Shown piece after piece: positions 8,795-17,448 of a DNA stretch of 33,263 nucleotides; positions within the stretch are counted from its first letter, which is position 1; each line of letters opens with the position of its first letter. A program made the translations under genes and the position numbers. The notes below the pieces were generated by a model that worked only from the letters and a program-made list of their open reading frames with translations, did not search any database and had not been told where the DNA came from. Origin of the DNA: an uncultured Flavobacteriales bacterium (GTDB lineage Bacteria; Bacteroidota; Bacteroidia; Flavobacteriales; Schleiferiaceae); NCBI GenBank assembly GCA_903821715.1, contig CAIJMB010000004.1, forward strand, positions 1 through 33,263, given 5' to 3'.

Positions 8795-10626
8795 ATCGGA
8801 GTCGAATTCTGCCCATCGGAGTGCTCGCGGTACTCGTACTTTTTATACTTCGCCTGATCAACATCCAGCTAATCGATACGCGCTACACCCTCGACGCCGC
8901 AAACAATGCGCAGCGAATAGAGAAGATTTATGCTCCGCGTGGCTTAATGCGGGACCGCAACGGAACAGTCCTCGCTACCAACCAAATCGCTTTTGACGTC
9001 GAAGTTATCGCCAGCCGACTCAGCAATCTTGATACTGTTGCACTCGCCCGGGTGCTCGGAGAACCCTTGGCTTCAATTCGCAAGCAGCTCAAAAAGGCTT
9101 TGATCCAGGGTCGGTACCGCCCATTTGCTATTCTCAGAGGGCTCACTGTCAAAGATTACGCATCAATTCAAGAGCAAATAGCAATGTTTGAGGGAGTACA
9201 ACTCCGCAAGCGCAGCTTTCGCAAATACCCGATGCCCATTGGCGGAAACGTAATGGGTTATGTGGGCGAGGTAAACGATTACCTGATGACGCGTCACCCA
9301 GAGTACGACCTTGGCGACTACCTCGGTATTTCGGGAATTGAAGCTTCCTATGAAACGGAACTACGAGGAATCGCCGGTAAGCGCTACATCACCGTCGACA
9401 ATCGAAACCGCGACGTGGGATCCTTTGCAAAGGGGCGATACGACGAGCAACCCGCAATGGGTGCAGAACTTCAGCTAACCTTGGACGCCGAACTTCAGGC
9501 CTTAGCTGAAGAGTTGATGCGCGGCAAACGAGGAAGTATTGTGGCCATCGAGCCCTCTACTGGCGAAATTCTTGCGTTGGTTTCATCACCCGCCTATGAC
9601 CCCAATGCCCTCGTGGGGCGTTACCGTTCGCGCAACTATACCATTTTGTATCGGGATTCGGTGAATAAACCCTTGTACGACCGCGCCGTTTTGGCAGAGT
9701 ACCCTCCAGGATCGCCATTTAAGATCTTGAATGCACTAATTGCCCTTCAAGAAGGGGTAGTCCAAGAGGAAACCCAGTACACTTGTATCGATGGATACCA
9801 TTTTGGCTCACTTCACGTAGGATGCCACTGCAAAGCCGGCACTCTTGATTTGCGTGGTTCCATTGCCAAGAGCTGTAACAACTACCATTGCCAGATTTTC
9901 AAGCGAGTACTGGACAAGTACCCTACAGCAAGCCTTGGAATTGATGCGTGGAGTGATCACGTGAAAAGTTTTGGACTCGGGGACTTTTTGGGTGTTGACC
10001 TGCCCACAGGTCGCAAAGGATTTGTTCCGACTGGGGAATACTTTAACAAGGTGTACCGCACGGACCGCTGGAAATCTCCAACTGTGATTTCGCTGGCAAT
10101 AGGCCAGGGTGAGCTCCTCGTGACGCCCATCCAACTCGCGAACATGGCCGCTGCTGTCGCCAACCGCGGCTGGTGGATTCGGCCGCACCTTGTGCGAAGT
10201 ATTGACGGCACGCCCAATCCCAATCCGGAATTCTCTAAAGTACATCGCACCACGATTGACCCTCAGAACTTTGAGGTAATTATCGCAGGAATGAACGATG
10301 TATTTGAATCCGGTACTGCACGCGCCTCTCGCCTCGAAGGTCTTCTCATGGCGGGAAAGACCGGTACCGCTCAAAATCCGCACGGTCAAGACCACTCAAT
10401 TTTCACTGCGTTTGCGCCCCTGGACAAGCCCCAAATTGCACTTGCAATTATTGTTGAAAATGGGTACTGGGGATCGCGTTGGGCCGCCCCCATCGCCAGT
10501 TTGATGATGGAATCCTACCTCAATGACACAATTACACGTCCCGATCTCTATCGGAGAATGGTTGAAGGCAGCTTAACTGGCGAGTACCGAGTCAACCAAG
10601 TGGAAACCGAACTACCCCCGTACTGA
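8791..10626 (+). CDS. mrdA: Penicillin-binding protein 2
   Basis: N-terminal TM, APRG..DRNG dimerisation domain, SxxK (SPFK), SxN (SCN), KTGTAQ. Confidence 0.95.
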   Translation: MNRSRILPIGVLAVLVLFILRLINIQLIDTRYTLDAANNAQRIEKIYAPRGLMRDRNGTVLATNQIAFDVEVIASRLSNLDTVALARVLGEPLASIRKQLKKALIQGRYRPFAILRGLTVKDYASIQEQIAMFEGVQLRKRSFRKYPMPIGGNVMGYVGEVNDYLMTRHPEYDLGDYLGISGIEASYETELRGIAGKRYITVDNRNRDVGSFAKGRYDEQPAMGAELQLTLDAELQALAEELMRGKRGSIVAIEPSTGEILALVSSPAYDPNALVGRYRSRNYTILYRDSVNKPLYDRAVLAEYPPGSPFKILNALIALQEGVVQEETQYTCIDGYHFGSLHVGCHCKAGTLDLRGSIAKSCNNYHCQIFKRVLDKYPTASLGIDAWSDHVKSFGLGDFLGVDLPTGRKGFVPTGEYFNKVYRTDRWKSPTVISLAIGQGELLVTPIQLANMAAAVANRGWWIRPHLVRSIDGTPNPNPEFSKVHRTTIDPQNFEVIIAGMNDVFESGTARASRLEGLLMAGKTGTAQNPHGQDHSIFTAFAPLDKPQIALAIIVENGYWGSRWAAPIASLMMESYLNDTITRPDLYRRMVEGSLTGEYRVNQVETELPPY

Positions 10627-11912
10627 TGCAGCGACAAACTACCACTGATCCACTTGTAGGTAAACTTGACCAACTCAGTGTGGGACTTGTCGCATTTTTA
10701 GTCCTATTCGGTTGGATTAATATTTTTGCCACAGTAAGTCCAATGGACGATACCTGGGCCTGGAGTTGGTCCAACGAGGCTGGAAAGCAATTGAGCTTCA
10801 TTGGCCTTGCGGGGGTGCTGGTGCTTTTGGTTCTTTTGTCGGATGCACGCCTATTTGAAGTGCTTTCATGGGTTGTTTACGCCCTATCCATTGTTCTACT
10901 GCTTGCCGTACTGGCCGTTGGAGTCGAACGCGGAGGCAACAAATCATGGCTGAGTCTCGGATCTTTTGGCCTTCAACCATCGGAATTTGCCAAACTCGGA
11001 ACGGCGCTTGTTCTTGCCCGTGTCCTTGGAAGAAGTCCTGACGGCCTTAAGGCATGGCGGTCTCGGTGGCTTCCTATGGCCGTTGTGGCGCTGCCCATGC
11101 TCCTCATTCTCTTGCAACCTGATGCAGGTTCAGCCTTAGTTTTTGCGTCGTTCTTGCTGGTGTTTTACTTCGCTGGCCTTCCTGGATTCTACCTCTTCGG
11201 TGCGTTGGGTGTGGTAGCCCTCTCGATTCTCTCACTAGCCCTCACCCCATCTACCGTACATTGGATCATTGGCGGAACCGTGGTCTTAAGTCTCGCCGCG
11301 ACGCGAATCCGTACCCGTCTAAATTTTGTGCGGTTTGTAAAGCATCCCGCTATTTGGTTGGGGCTCGGTGCTTTGCTTTGGTCTGGGGCGGTACAGCAAG
11401 TCTTTGATCAGGTACTTAAGCCGCACCAGCAAATTCGCATCAAACTCCTTTTAGGTCAAGTAGACGACCCTAGTGCCGCGGGCTACCAAACCGCACAATC
11501 ACTCATTGCCATTGGCTCTGGTGGATTATTTGGAAAAGGCTACATGAACGGAACCCAAACCCGATTGCGATTTGTTCCGGAACAAACCACTGACTACATT
11601 TTTTGTACCGTGGGCGAAGAATGGGGCTTTATTGGGTCCCTCATCGTGCTCGGTGCGTTCGCTGGACTCATTATTCGCATCACGCTGCTGGCCCAACGTC
11701 AAAAGCACGCCTTTGGAATGTACTATGGACTGGCTGTAGCAAGCATTTTATTTGTTCACTTCACAGTAAACATTGGAATGACACTGGGTATGATGCCCGT
11801 TATCGGGATTCCGCTGCCGTTCTTTAGCTACGGAGGCTCATCCCTCTGGGCATTCAGCCTAATGGTGTTTGTGTTCTTGCGCTGGGACGCGTACCGCTGG
11901 GAAAGCCTCTAA
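10626..11912 (+). CDS. rodA: Rod shape-determining protein RodA (SEDS glycosyltransferase)
   Basis: QPSEFAK, QPD.G, GYQ..QS.IAIGSGG..GKG, PEQ.TDYIF, GIPLPFFSYGGSS. Confidence 0.95.
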   Translation: MQRQTTTDPLVGKLDQLSVGLVAFLVLFGWINIFATVSPMDDTWAWSWSNEAGKQLSFIGLAGVLVLLVLLSDARLFEVLSWVVYALSIVLLLAVLAVGVERGGNKSWLSLGSFGLQPSEFAKLGTALVLARVLGRSPDGLKAWRSRWLPMAVVALPMLLILLQPDAGSALVFASFLLVFYFAGLPGFYLFGALGVVALSILSLALTPSTVHWIIGGTVVLSLAATRIRTRLNFVRFVKHPAIWLGLGALLWSGAVQQVFDQVLKPHQQIRIKLLLGQVDDPSAAGYQTAQSLIAIGSGGLFGKGYMNGTQTRLRFVPEQTTDYIFCTVGEEWGFIGSLIVLGAFAGLIIRITLLAQRQKHAFGMYYGLAVASILFVHFTVNIGMTLGMMPVIGIPLPFFSYGGSSLWAFSLMVFVFLRWDAYRWESL

Positions 11913-11921
11913 GGGCTTTTC
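11901..11921 (+). terminator. Weak hairpin over the rodA stop codon, possible terminator
   Basis: AAAGCC-TCTAAG-GGCTTT followed by only a short T run, at the convergent rodA/ppiD junction. Confidence 0.3.
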
Positions 11922-11926
11922 GCCGT

Positions 11927-13999
11927 CTAGTAGAACAGACCGCGGTTGTCGCTAACCTTCGCGGATCCCAACAACGATTGAAGCAGCATTCGCTGAGCAT
12001 TGCCAGCTAAACGATTGTTCTCGGCAGCCATGTCGGCAGCAGTCAAATTGGCCGCAGAATTAAAGGTATTTACCACTTTAAATCGGTAGACTCCATTGCT
12101 GCCCTCGATGATCTCTGACTGAGTTCCAACTTTGCTTCCGGCAGCCATACCAACTACTTTGGGCTCACGTCCGTTGGTCAAGAATGGCGAGGCAAGAGTG
12201 ACGTTAGCTGGAGCCCAGTTAAGTTGTTTGGTCTTAGCCATCCGGTCGGCCAGCACGCGAACCTTGGCGCGATTCAGAGCAAGTGCCTTAAGGTCATCCT
12301 TAACCGCATCAAGAGGCTTGTAACCCTCTTCAAAGGCCCCAGTCACGTACACGACCGAGTAGGACTTATAGTTATTGTTCACGACACTCACGTCGCCAAC
12401 CTCACGGTCTTCGTTGAACATCCAACGGACCACTTCGCGACCGTCCGAAAGCCCCATTACAGAAGCATCGGTTGCAGTCACATTGCGAGCAGGAAGCATT
12501 GAAACTCCAAGTTGGGCCGCAGCAGCTTGGGGCTCTTTGCCCTCTTGGATGGCCTTGGCTAGGGCACTAGCCTGAGCGTAGATCTTTTGCTCGGTCACCG
12601 GACTCACGTCAATACGGCGAACAATCTCGGCCAAACGAACAGCTGGACGCGAACCCTTTTGACCCGTAACCTCTACGAGGTGAAATCCAAACTCGGTCTC
12701 TACCATATCAAAGCTTCCGGTGCGGCGCTCAAAACAGAACTGCTCGAATGCTGGCGTCATCATTCCTGGTTTGAACCAGCCCAGGTCACCACCCTTAGAT
12801 GCTGCCACTACGTCACTGCTCAACGCTTCGCTGGCAGCGGCAAAGGACGCTCCTCCCTTGATTGCAGTGAGCAGGCTATCGGCTAGTTTCTTCGCATCTT
12901 GGTAACTGCGCTGGGCACTTGAACGTTCCGAACCGGCGTAACCAATCAAGATATGTTTTGCGCGAACCGAATCAGGTAGCGAAGCTCGGCTCATCACCTT
13001 TACGAGTCGGTAGGAATCGCCATCTTGAATAGGTCCACCGACAAAGCCCACGGACATACCTTGAATCGCCTCAAGGATTGTGGGATTAAGCGTAGACTCT
13101 GGACGTAGACTTGGGGTTGAAAAAACGTCACTGTTCGCTGCAGCGAAGGCACTGTCGTCCGAAGAAGCACCGAAGTCCGAAGCTAACGTGCTCAATTCGA
13201 GTTTCACCTTGGCCAAATCTTCATCGCTTGGAATAAGAGGAAAGTCCGCCACGAAGCCATCGCGAACGGGCTTGGTAAGCTTGAAACTCGATTGGTACTC
13301 AGCGTACACCGCTTTGTAGTCGGCGTCGGTAGCCTCGACACTGCTGTCAGAGACTTCAGATACCGACATGGAGGCAATTTCGAGTTGAATTTGGCGGTTA
13401 TTCCGCGAATTGAGTGCGTTCTGAAGAGATAGGGGCATTCTCATTCCCGCAGAAACCGCATCGTAAATTTTGTTGCTAAGGCTTTGGTTCTTGATGTCAT
13501 TCTCAAACGCTACCCAACTTTCGTACTGGGCAGCAGCTTCAGGAGACTGCTCGCGCTGGTCGCGCAAGTTTTGAAGTGCACTGCGCAATAAGTCAGGGCG
13601 AAAGGCGCCGGTGCTCGGATCTTGAAGACCTGGCATTTGCTGAACTGAAGGGTTCAACTCGATTACACGACGTAACTCCTCGTCGGTCACCACAAATCCC
13701 AATTCTGCCATGGGTTCGACCAATAGCTTTTCATTGAGGAGGTTGTTCCACACCATTTCACTGATTTGGAGCGGAGATGCTTGAGCATATTGTGGATTTT
13801 GGCGAAGCTCTTCTACATCTTTGTTAAACTCGATGTAGGATATTTTCGTGCCATCAATGCGTCCGACGGCGTCTTTGTCGCCTTGAAAAAGCACGTTTCC
13901 TGAGGTTAAAAAGTCTGTCAAAATAAAGGCAATCAGCGAAATACCGATTACTGACACGACTAAGCCTGAGCGGCTGCGAATAGCTTCAAAAAGTCCCAT
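11927..13999 (-). CDS. PpiD/SurA-like membrane-anchored peptidyl-prolyl isomerase chaperone
   Basis: Likely start MGLFEAIRSRSG at 13999, one N-terminal TM, SurA-N-like helical domain, parvulin motifs (VRAKHILI, GGDLGWF, ETEFGFHLVEV). Confidence 0.88.
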   Translation of the reverse strand: MGLFEAIRSRSGLVVSVIGISLIAFILTDFLTSGNVLFQGDKDAVGRIDGTKISYIEFNKDVEELRQNPQYAQASPLQISEMVWNNLLNEKLLVEPMAELGFVVTDEELRRVIELNPSVQQMPGLQDPSTGAFRPDLLRSALQNLRDQREQSPEAAAQYESWVAFENDIKNQSLSNKIYDAVSAGMRMPLSLQNALNSRNNRQIQLEIASMSVSEVSDSSVEATDADYKAVYAEYQSSFKLTKPVRDGFVADFPLIPSDEDLAKVKLELSTLASDFGASSDDSAFAAANSDVFSTPSLRPESTLNPTILEAIQGMSVGFVGGPIQDGDSYRLVKVMSRASLPDSVRAKHILIGYAGSERSSAQRSYQDAKKLADSLLTAIKGGASFAAASEALSSDVVAASKGGDLGWFKPGMMTPAFEQFCFERRTGSFDMVETEFGFHLVEVTGQKGSRPAVRLAEIVRRIDVSPVTEQKIYAQASALAKAIQEGKEPQAAAAQLGVSMLPARNVTATDASVMGLSDGREVVRWMFNEDREVGDVSVVNNNYKSYSVVYVTGAFEEGYKPLDAVKDDLKALALNRAKVRVLADRMAKTKQLNWAPANVTLASPFLTNGREPKVVGMAAGSKVGTQSEIIEGSNGVYRFKVVNTFNSAANLTAADMAAENNRLAGNAQRMLLQSLLGSAKVSDNRGLFY

Positions 14000-14019
14000 A
14001 CCTTGTGTAAATAAGGTCG

Positions 14020-14027
14020 CGAATATA
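14020..14027 (-). promoter_or_regulatory. -7 box variant (TATATTCG), internal promoter for the PPIase gene
   Basis: One mismatch to TAnnTTTG, 20 nt upstream of the ATG at 13999. Confidence 0.5.
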
Positions 14028-14058
14028 CAAATTAGCAACCGGTTGGCGACGCACTTAT

Positions 14059-15294
14059 TTAGTCATCGCGCCGCACGCGAACCTGTTTGACGCGCTGTGC
14101 TTCCATACTTTCAACTTCAAGCCGCCAAGGGCCGACAACTACAACCTCTCCGGGCTCGGGCAACTTGCCTCCAAGGTCCGTGATTAATCCCCCCAGGGTG
14201 GTAAATCGTTCGGACTCAGGCCACTCAAATCCATATGCATCGTTGAGGTAATCAACCTCAAGTCGTGCATCCAGGCGGTATTCATCCTCACCGAGCACTT
14301 GCTCCACTAGGCTGTCTTGATCGTGTTCGTCGTCAATTTCACCGAACAATTCTTCGATGATGTCTTCGAGGGTTAGTATTCCGACTAAGTCGCCCAAATC
14401 ATCGACAACAAGGGCCATGCTTCGCTTTTCGCGAATCAATTGATGAAAGACATCTTGAGCATTCATCGCTTCAGGTACAAACGACAATGGCGTGAGCACA
14501 CTTCGCAGGCTCTTAGGCTGCTTGAACAGTTCAAACTGATGCACATACGCAAAGGCATCGTCCAAACTCTCGCGGTACACAACTAATCGACTGTAGCCCG
14601 TCGCTACAAACGTGGACTTGAGGTCCTCAAGACTGATGCTCAACGGCACCGCGACAATTTCAGGTCGAGGAACCATACACGAGCGCACCTTGACCTCTGC
14701 AAAGTCGAGCGCATTGCGAAACAACTCAACTTCAGGTTCTTGAATGTGCTGTTGGCTCGCTTCATCTACCAAATGGTTGAGGTCCGATAGTCCAAATACC
14801 CGTGCAGACGGAGCTGACTGTGGATCAGCACCCAATCGTCTCAAAATGAAGGCACTAAAGTGACCCAAGAGCCATGTGATTGGCCAGAAAAGAATATAGA
14901 AAATTCCAGAAGGAACCACAACCCACTTAAACGCAGCGTTGGCTTGCTCACGAAAGAGCGCCTTAGGGATGTACTCTGCTAAGAACAATACGACAATGGT
15001 AGAAACGAGCGTTTCCGTAAGTACCGCGAGCGGAACCTGCATAAACTTAAGCAGGAACGGATGAAGGAGTTGAGATGTTTGGGCTCCAACCACTACGAGC
15101 GCAAGCGTGTTACCAACGAGCATCGTGACGATAAAGCGCTGAGGATGCTGCATCCAATGCGTCACCCAAAACGGAATCGTTTTGCGCTTGAGGTCAATTT
15201 CAAGTTGAAGGCGATTGGCCGACAAAAACGCAATCTCAGACCCAGAAAAGAACGCCGATGCGACCAGCGCCACCAAAAGGATGATGGCACTCAT
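14059..15294 (-). CDS. Hemolysin/CNNM family protein (DUF21-CBS-CBS-CorC/HlyC)
   Basis: SAFFSGSEIAF, TMLVGN, AEYIPK, CMVPR, GYSRL, GILTLEDIIEELFGEIDDEHD, TLGG. Confidence 0.92.
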   Translation of the reverse strand: MSAIILLVALVASAFFSGSEIAFLSANRLQLEIDLKRKTIPFWVTHWMQHPQRFIVTMLVGNTLALVVVGAQTSQLLHPFLLKFMQVPLAVLTETLVSTIVVLFLAEYIPKALFREQANAAFKWVVVPSGIFYILFWPITWLLGHFSAFILRRLGADPQSAPSARVFGLSDLNHLVDEASQQHIQEPEVELFRNALDFAEVKVRSCMVPRPEIVAVPLSISLEDLKSTFVATGYSRLVVYRESLDDAFAYVHQFELFKQPKSLRSVLTPLSFVPEAMNAQDVFHQLIREKRSMALVVDDLGDLVGILTLEDIIEELFGEIDDEHDQDSLVEQVLGEDEYRLDARLEVDYLNDAYGFEWPESERFTTLGGLITDLGGKLPEPGEVVVVGPWRLEVESMEAQRVKQVRVRRDD

Positions 15295-15491
15295 GATTGG
15301 GATTCTTGGCTACTCCGAATCCGTTGGCGTCGGCGCCAGTAGGCCATGCCCAATGCAAGAATCACAAAACCAACGAATAAGAGCGCACGTGTTGGATCGC
15401 TTGTGCGCAAAGACCACGCAGATTCCGCCGAGAGTACGGCGACGACATAATACATCCACTCCATTGTTCTAAGGCTGCGAGCTGGCTTCAT
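15291..15491 (-). CDS. Small two-TM membrane protein
   Basis: 66 aa with two hydrophobic segments and a basic tail (WRRRQRIR). Its stop overlaps the hemolysin-gene ATG, and a -7 box lies just upstream. Alternative start at 15464. Confidence 0.7.
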   Translation of the reverse strand: MKPARSLRTMEWMYYVVAVLSAESAWSLRTSDPTRALLFVGFVILALGMAYWRRRQRIRSSQESQS

Positions 15492-15495
15492 GGTT

Positions 15496-15503
15496 CAAAA
15501 TTA
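15496..15503 (-). promoter_or_regulatory. -7 box (TAATTTTG), internal promoter
   Basis: Perfect TAnnTTTG in a 16-nt intergenic gap, ending 4 nt before the ATG at 15491. Confidence 0.6.
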
Positions 15504-15507
15504 CCTT

Positions 15508-16050
15508 TTAATTTCTGTCCGCGCTGCCGGACACTTCAAAAATGCTGTAGGTCGATAGGTCGTCCTGGGCCTCGAAGCCGGTGCCACTTAAGGTTTGACC
15601 CTCTTCGCGAATTTCAACCCAGCTATCGCCATAGACTCTACCCTCTTCCCGATTCCAAAAAAGGGATTGAGTTCGCAATGTTTTACGATCCCCTGTGCGG
15701 ATTAGGACATTGCCCTGGAGTTCCCAAACTCGCTCTTTGACGTCCCGTATGATTCGGTCGGCTATCATTTCGGTTCCCGTAGCACGCTTACCAACCCATT
15801 GGCTTGCTCGAACGTTACCACTGAAGAGTTCTCTCGTGGGGTTGTTGGCCGTTCGTTCCTCTTCCCAACGGTCGGATTGAAGCTTCCATTGCACCTCGCT
15901 CGTATCAGCGTACACTACAGAAATACCATATTGAATAGTGGCCGGACCCTGTGGTTGGGCACGAACGCGCTGAACGTCGTGGGCGTCGTTGCGGCACGAA
16001 GCCACGACGACGCCCACCGCCAGAATTAGCCCGAATTTAGTAGCGGACAA
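15508..16050 (-). CDS. lptC: LPS export periplasmic protein LptC (Bacteroidota type, lipoprotein-like signal)
   Basis: Likely TTG start at 16050 (MSATKFGLILAVGVVVASC, lipobox-like). Beta-jellyroll motifs WEL.GNV, L.TQSLFWN, YGDSWV.I, G.GFEA..DLS.Y. The upstream part of ORF 15508..16398 is a shadow of the TPR gene. Confidence 0.8.
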   Translation of the reverse strand: MSATKFGLILAVGVVVASCRNDAHDVQRVRAQPQGPATIQYGISVVYADTSEVQWKLQSDRWEEERTANNPTRELFSGNVRASQWVGKRATGTEMIADRIIRDVKERVWELQGNVLIRTGDRKTLRTQSLFWNREEGRVYGDSWVEIREEGQTLSGTGFEAQDDLSTYSIFEVSGSADRN

Positions 16051-17446
16051 CCACGCGCTCGTTAATCCAACATCCGACGGTGTAGGTATCTCCGTCTTTG
16101 AATCCGAATTGGAAGGCAATCGACTTGTCGGGCACTCCCTTGCGGAAGGCAGCCGCCAGCTTCTCGGCGCGCGGTGCAAGGTCAGGCTGAACGGAAGCCG
16201 CACGATTGGCCATGTTGATCGCCGCCCAGTACACCGCATTCTTTTCAAATGCATTGCTTCCGCATGTGCCCGCCGCTTGAGCATACAGCGAAGCAAGGTA
16301 CAAGAAGGGCTCACCTGACTCAGAATTCTGCTTGGCTGACTCAAGGCATGCGCGCTTCGCTTCTGAAGACTGCCCCAATTTGTCGCTGACGTAGGCAATC
16401 TTCATCCAATCCTTTGCCCGCTTCTTAGGGTCAACTTCCTGGCGAATGGCGTCCTCAAAATACTTCTTGGCGTCTGCCCACTTACCATTCTTCACACTCA
16501 ATTGGCCCATAGAGCGAGCTGCCTGAGCAGAAGGTTCAAGTGCGTACAACGCAGAAGCCGCCTTGAAGTACACCGGATTGTCTGTGCAGTCGGTGGCACC
16601 CGACGTGTCCTGACGCTCTTTCGAGAGCATCTTTACTGCGCGAATCAACCACGATTTGTCGTTCTTGTTGAGGGCAAATGTGGAATCACTGTAGATCAAC
16701 GTCAAGCGATCACAAGTGAGCAAGGGAGCAATACCTTTTTCGATGTTGGCTACCAACTTTTCGGACTGAGCCAGCAACTTCACATTGATATCCAATGAGC
16801 GCTTCTCTCGCTCGGTAATGGTACCAGTTGTGTCTTTTGCCGTAAGTTCTGCAATAAGTACGTTGCGATCGTTGGACTGAAGTTCAATGGCTTCAGCCAC
16901 GTCGTTGAATCCGTCAAGAAGACCCTCTGACTTCAGGACCTCATCCTTGTACAGCTTGATTACCACATTGAAGTAGTTGTTCAAGTACGATGGTTGTATG
17001 GCTTTGGGATCGAGATTAAAGGCCACCTTGTACATTTCGTAGGCCTTTTTGGCGCTATCGGGATAGTAGGTCCAAAAATCATCCGCTTTTTGAGCAAGAA
17101 CTTCGGCTTCCTTACCAGGAAAGTACGTATTGCGCTTGTCGTAGCTTGAAAGAAGCAGACGAATCAGTGCCTCTTTAGCGGCTGGGTCGGTCGTGGCTTT
17201 GATTTTAGCCTCAATGATTTTGGGAGCAAATCGGTAGACGACATCTGTTGCTGAGGGGCACGTTTCATAAACCACTTTCCATGGCTCGTAAGCTTCTGCG
17301 TAGGCCTTCGTATTGTAGAGCGATCCAAATTCATTGTACTTCTCAAAGCAGACCAATGAGTCAGTTTGAGATTTACCCCACTTGGCTTGAGCAAAGCTGG
17401 GAACGAGGCCAACTGCTAAGAATAGAGAAAAGATGATACGCTTCAT
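16037..17446 (-). CDS. Secreted/periplasmic tetratricopeptide-repeat protein
   Basis: Start MKRIIF at 17446, cleavable signal peptide (..SFA/Q), helical TPR-like repeats (AEAYEPW, KKAYEMYK.AF.LDP, ADAKKYFEDAI), 7 Cys. Confidence 0.82.
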   Translation of the reverse strand: MKRIIFSLFLAVGLVPSFAQAKWGKSQTDSLVCFEKYNEFGSLYNTKAYAEAYEPWKVVYETCPSATDVVYRFAPKIIEAKIKATTDPAAKEALIRLLLSSYDKRNTYFPGKEAEVLAQKADDFWTYYPDSAKKAYEMYKVAFNLDPKAIQPSYLNNYFNVVIKLYKDEVLKSEGLLDGFNDVAEAIELQSNDRNVLIAELTAKDTTGTITEREKRSLDINVKLLAQSEKLVANIEKGIAPLLTCDRLTLIYSDSTFALNKNDKSWLIRAVKMLSKERQDTSGATDCTDNPVYFKAASALYALEPSAQAARSMGQLSVKNGKWADAKKYFEDAIRQEVDPKKRAKDWMKIAYVSDKLGQSSEAKRACLESAKQNSESGEPFLYLASLYAQAAGTCGSNAFEKNAVYWAAINMANRAASVQPDLAPRAEKLAAAFRKGVPDKSIAFQFGFKDGDTYTVGCWINERVVVRY

Positions 17447-17448
17447 AA

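Noticed and set aside
4946..11912. purH co-transcribed with mreBCD-mrdA-rodA as a novelty
   Set aside because: I recall this as a common gene order in Bacteroidota, so it is not unusual.
14000..14038. ORF-track N-terminal extensions (PPIase 14038, barrel 18807, adk 27155, msrC 3144, microprotein 28683)
   Set aside because: They overlap promoter boxes or neighbouring genes; downstream ATGs fit the family N-termini and the ATGA coupling better.
16051..16398. N-terminal 116 aa of the 296-aa ORF 15508..16398
   Set aside because: It is an alternate-frame shadow of the TPR gene; the LptC signal peptide begins only at about 16050.
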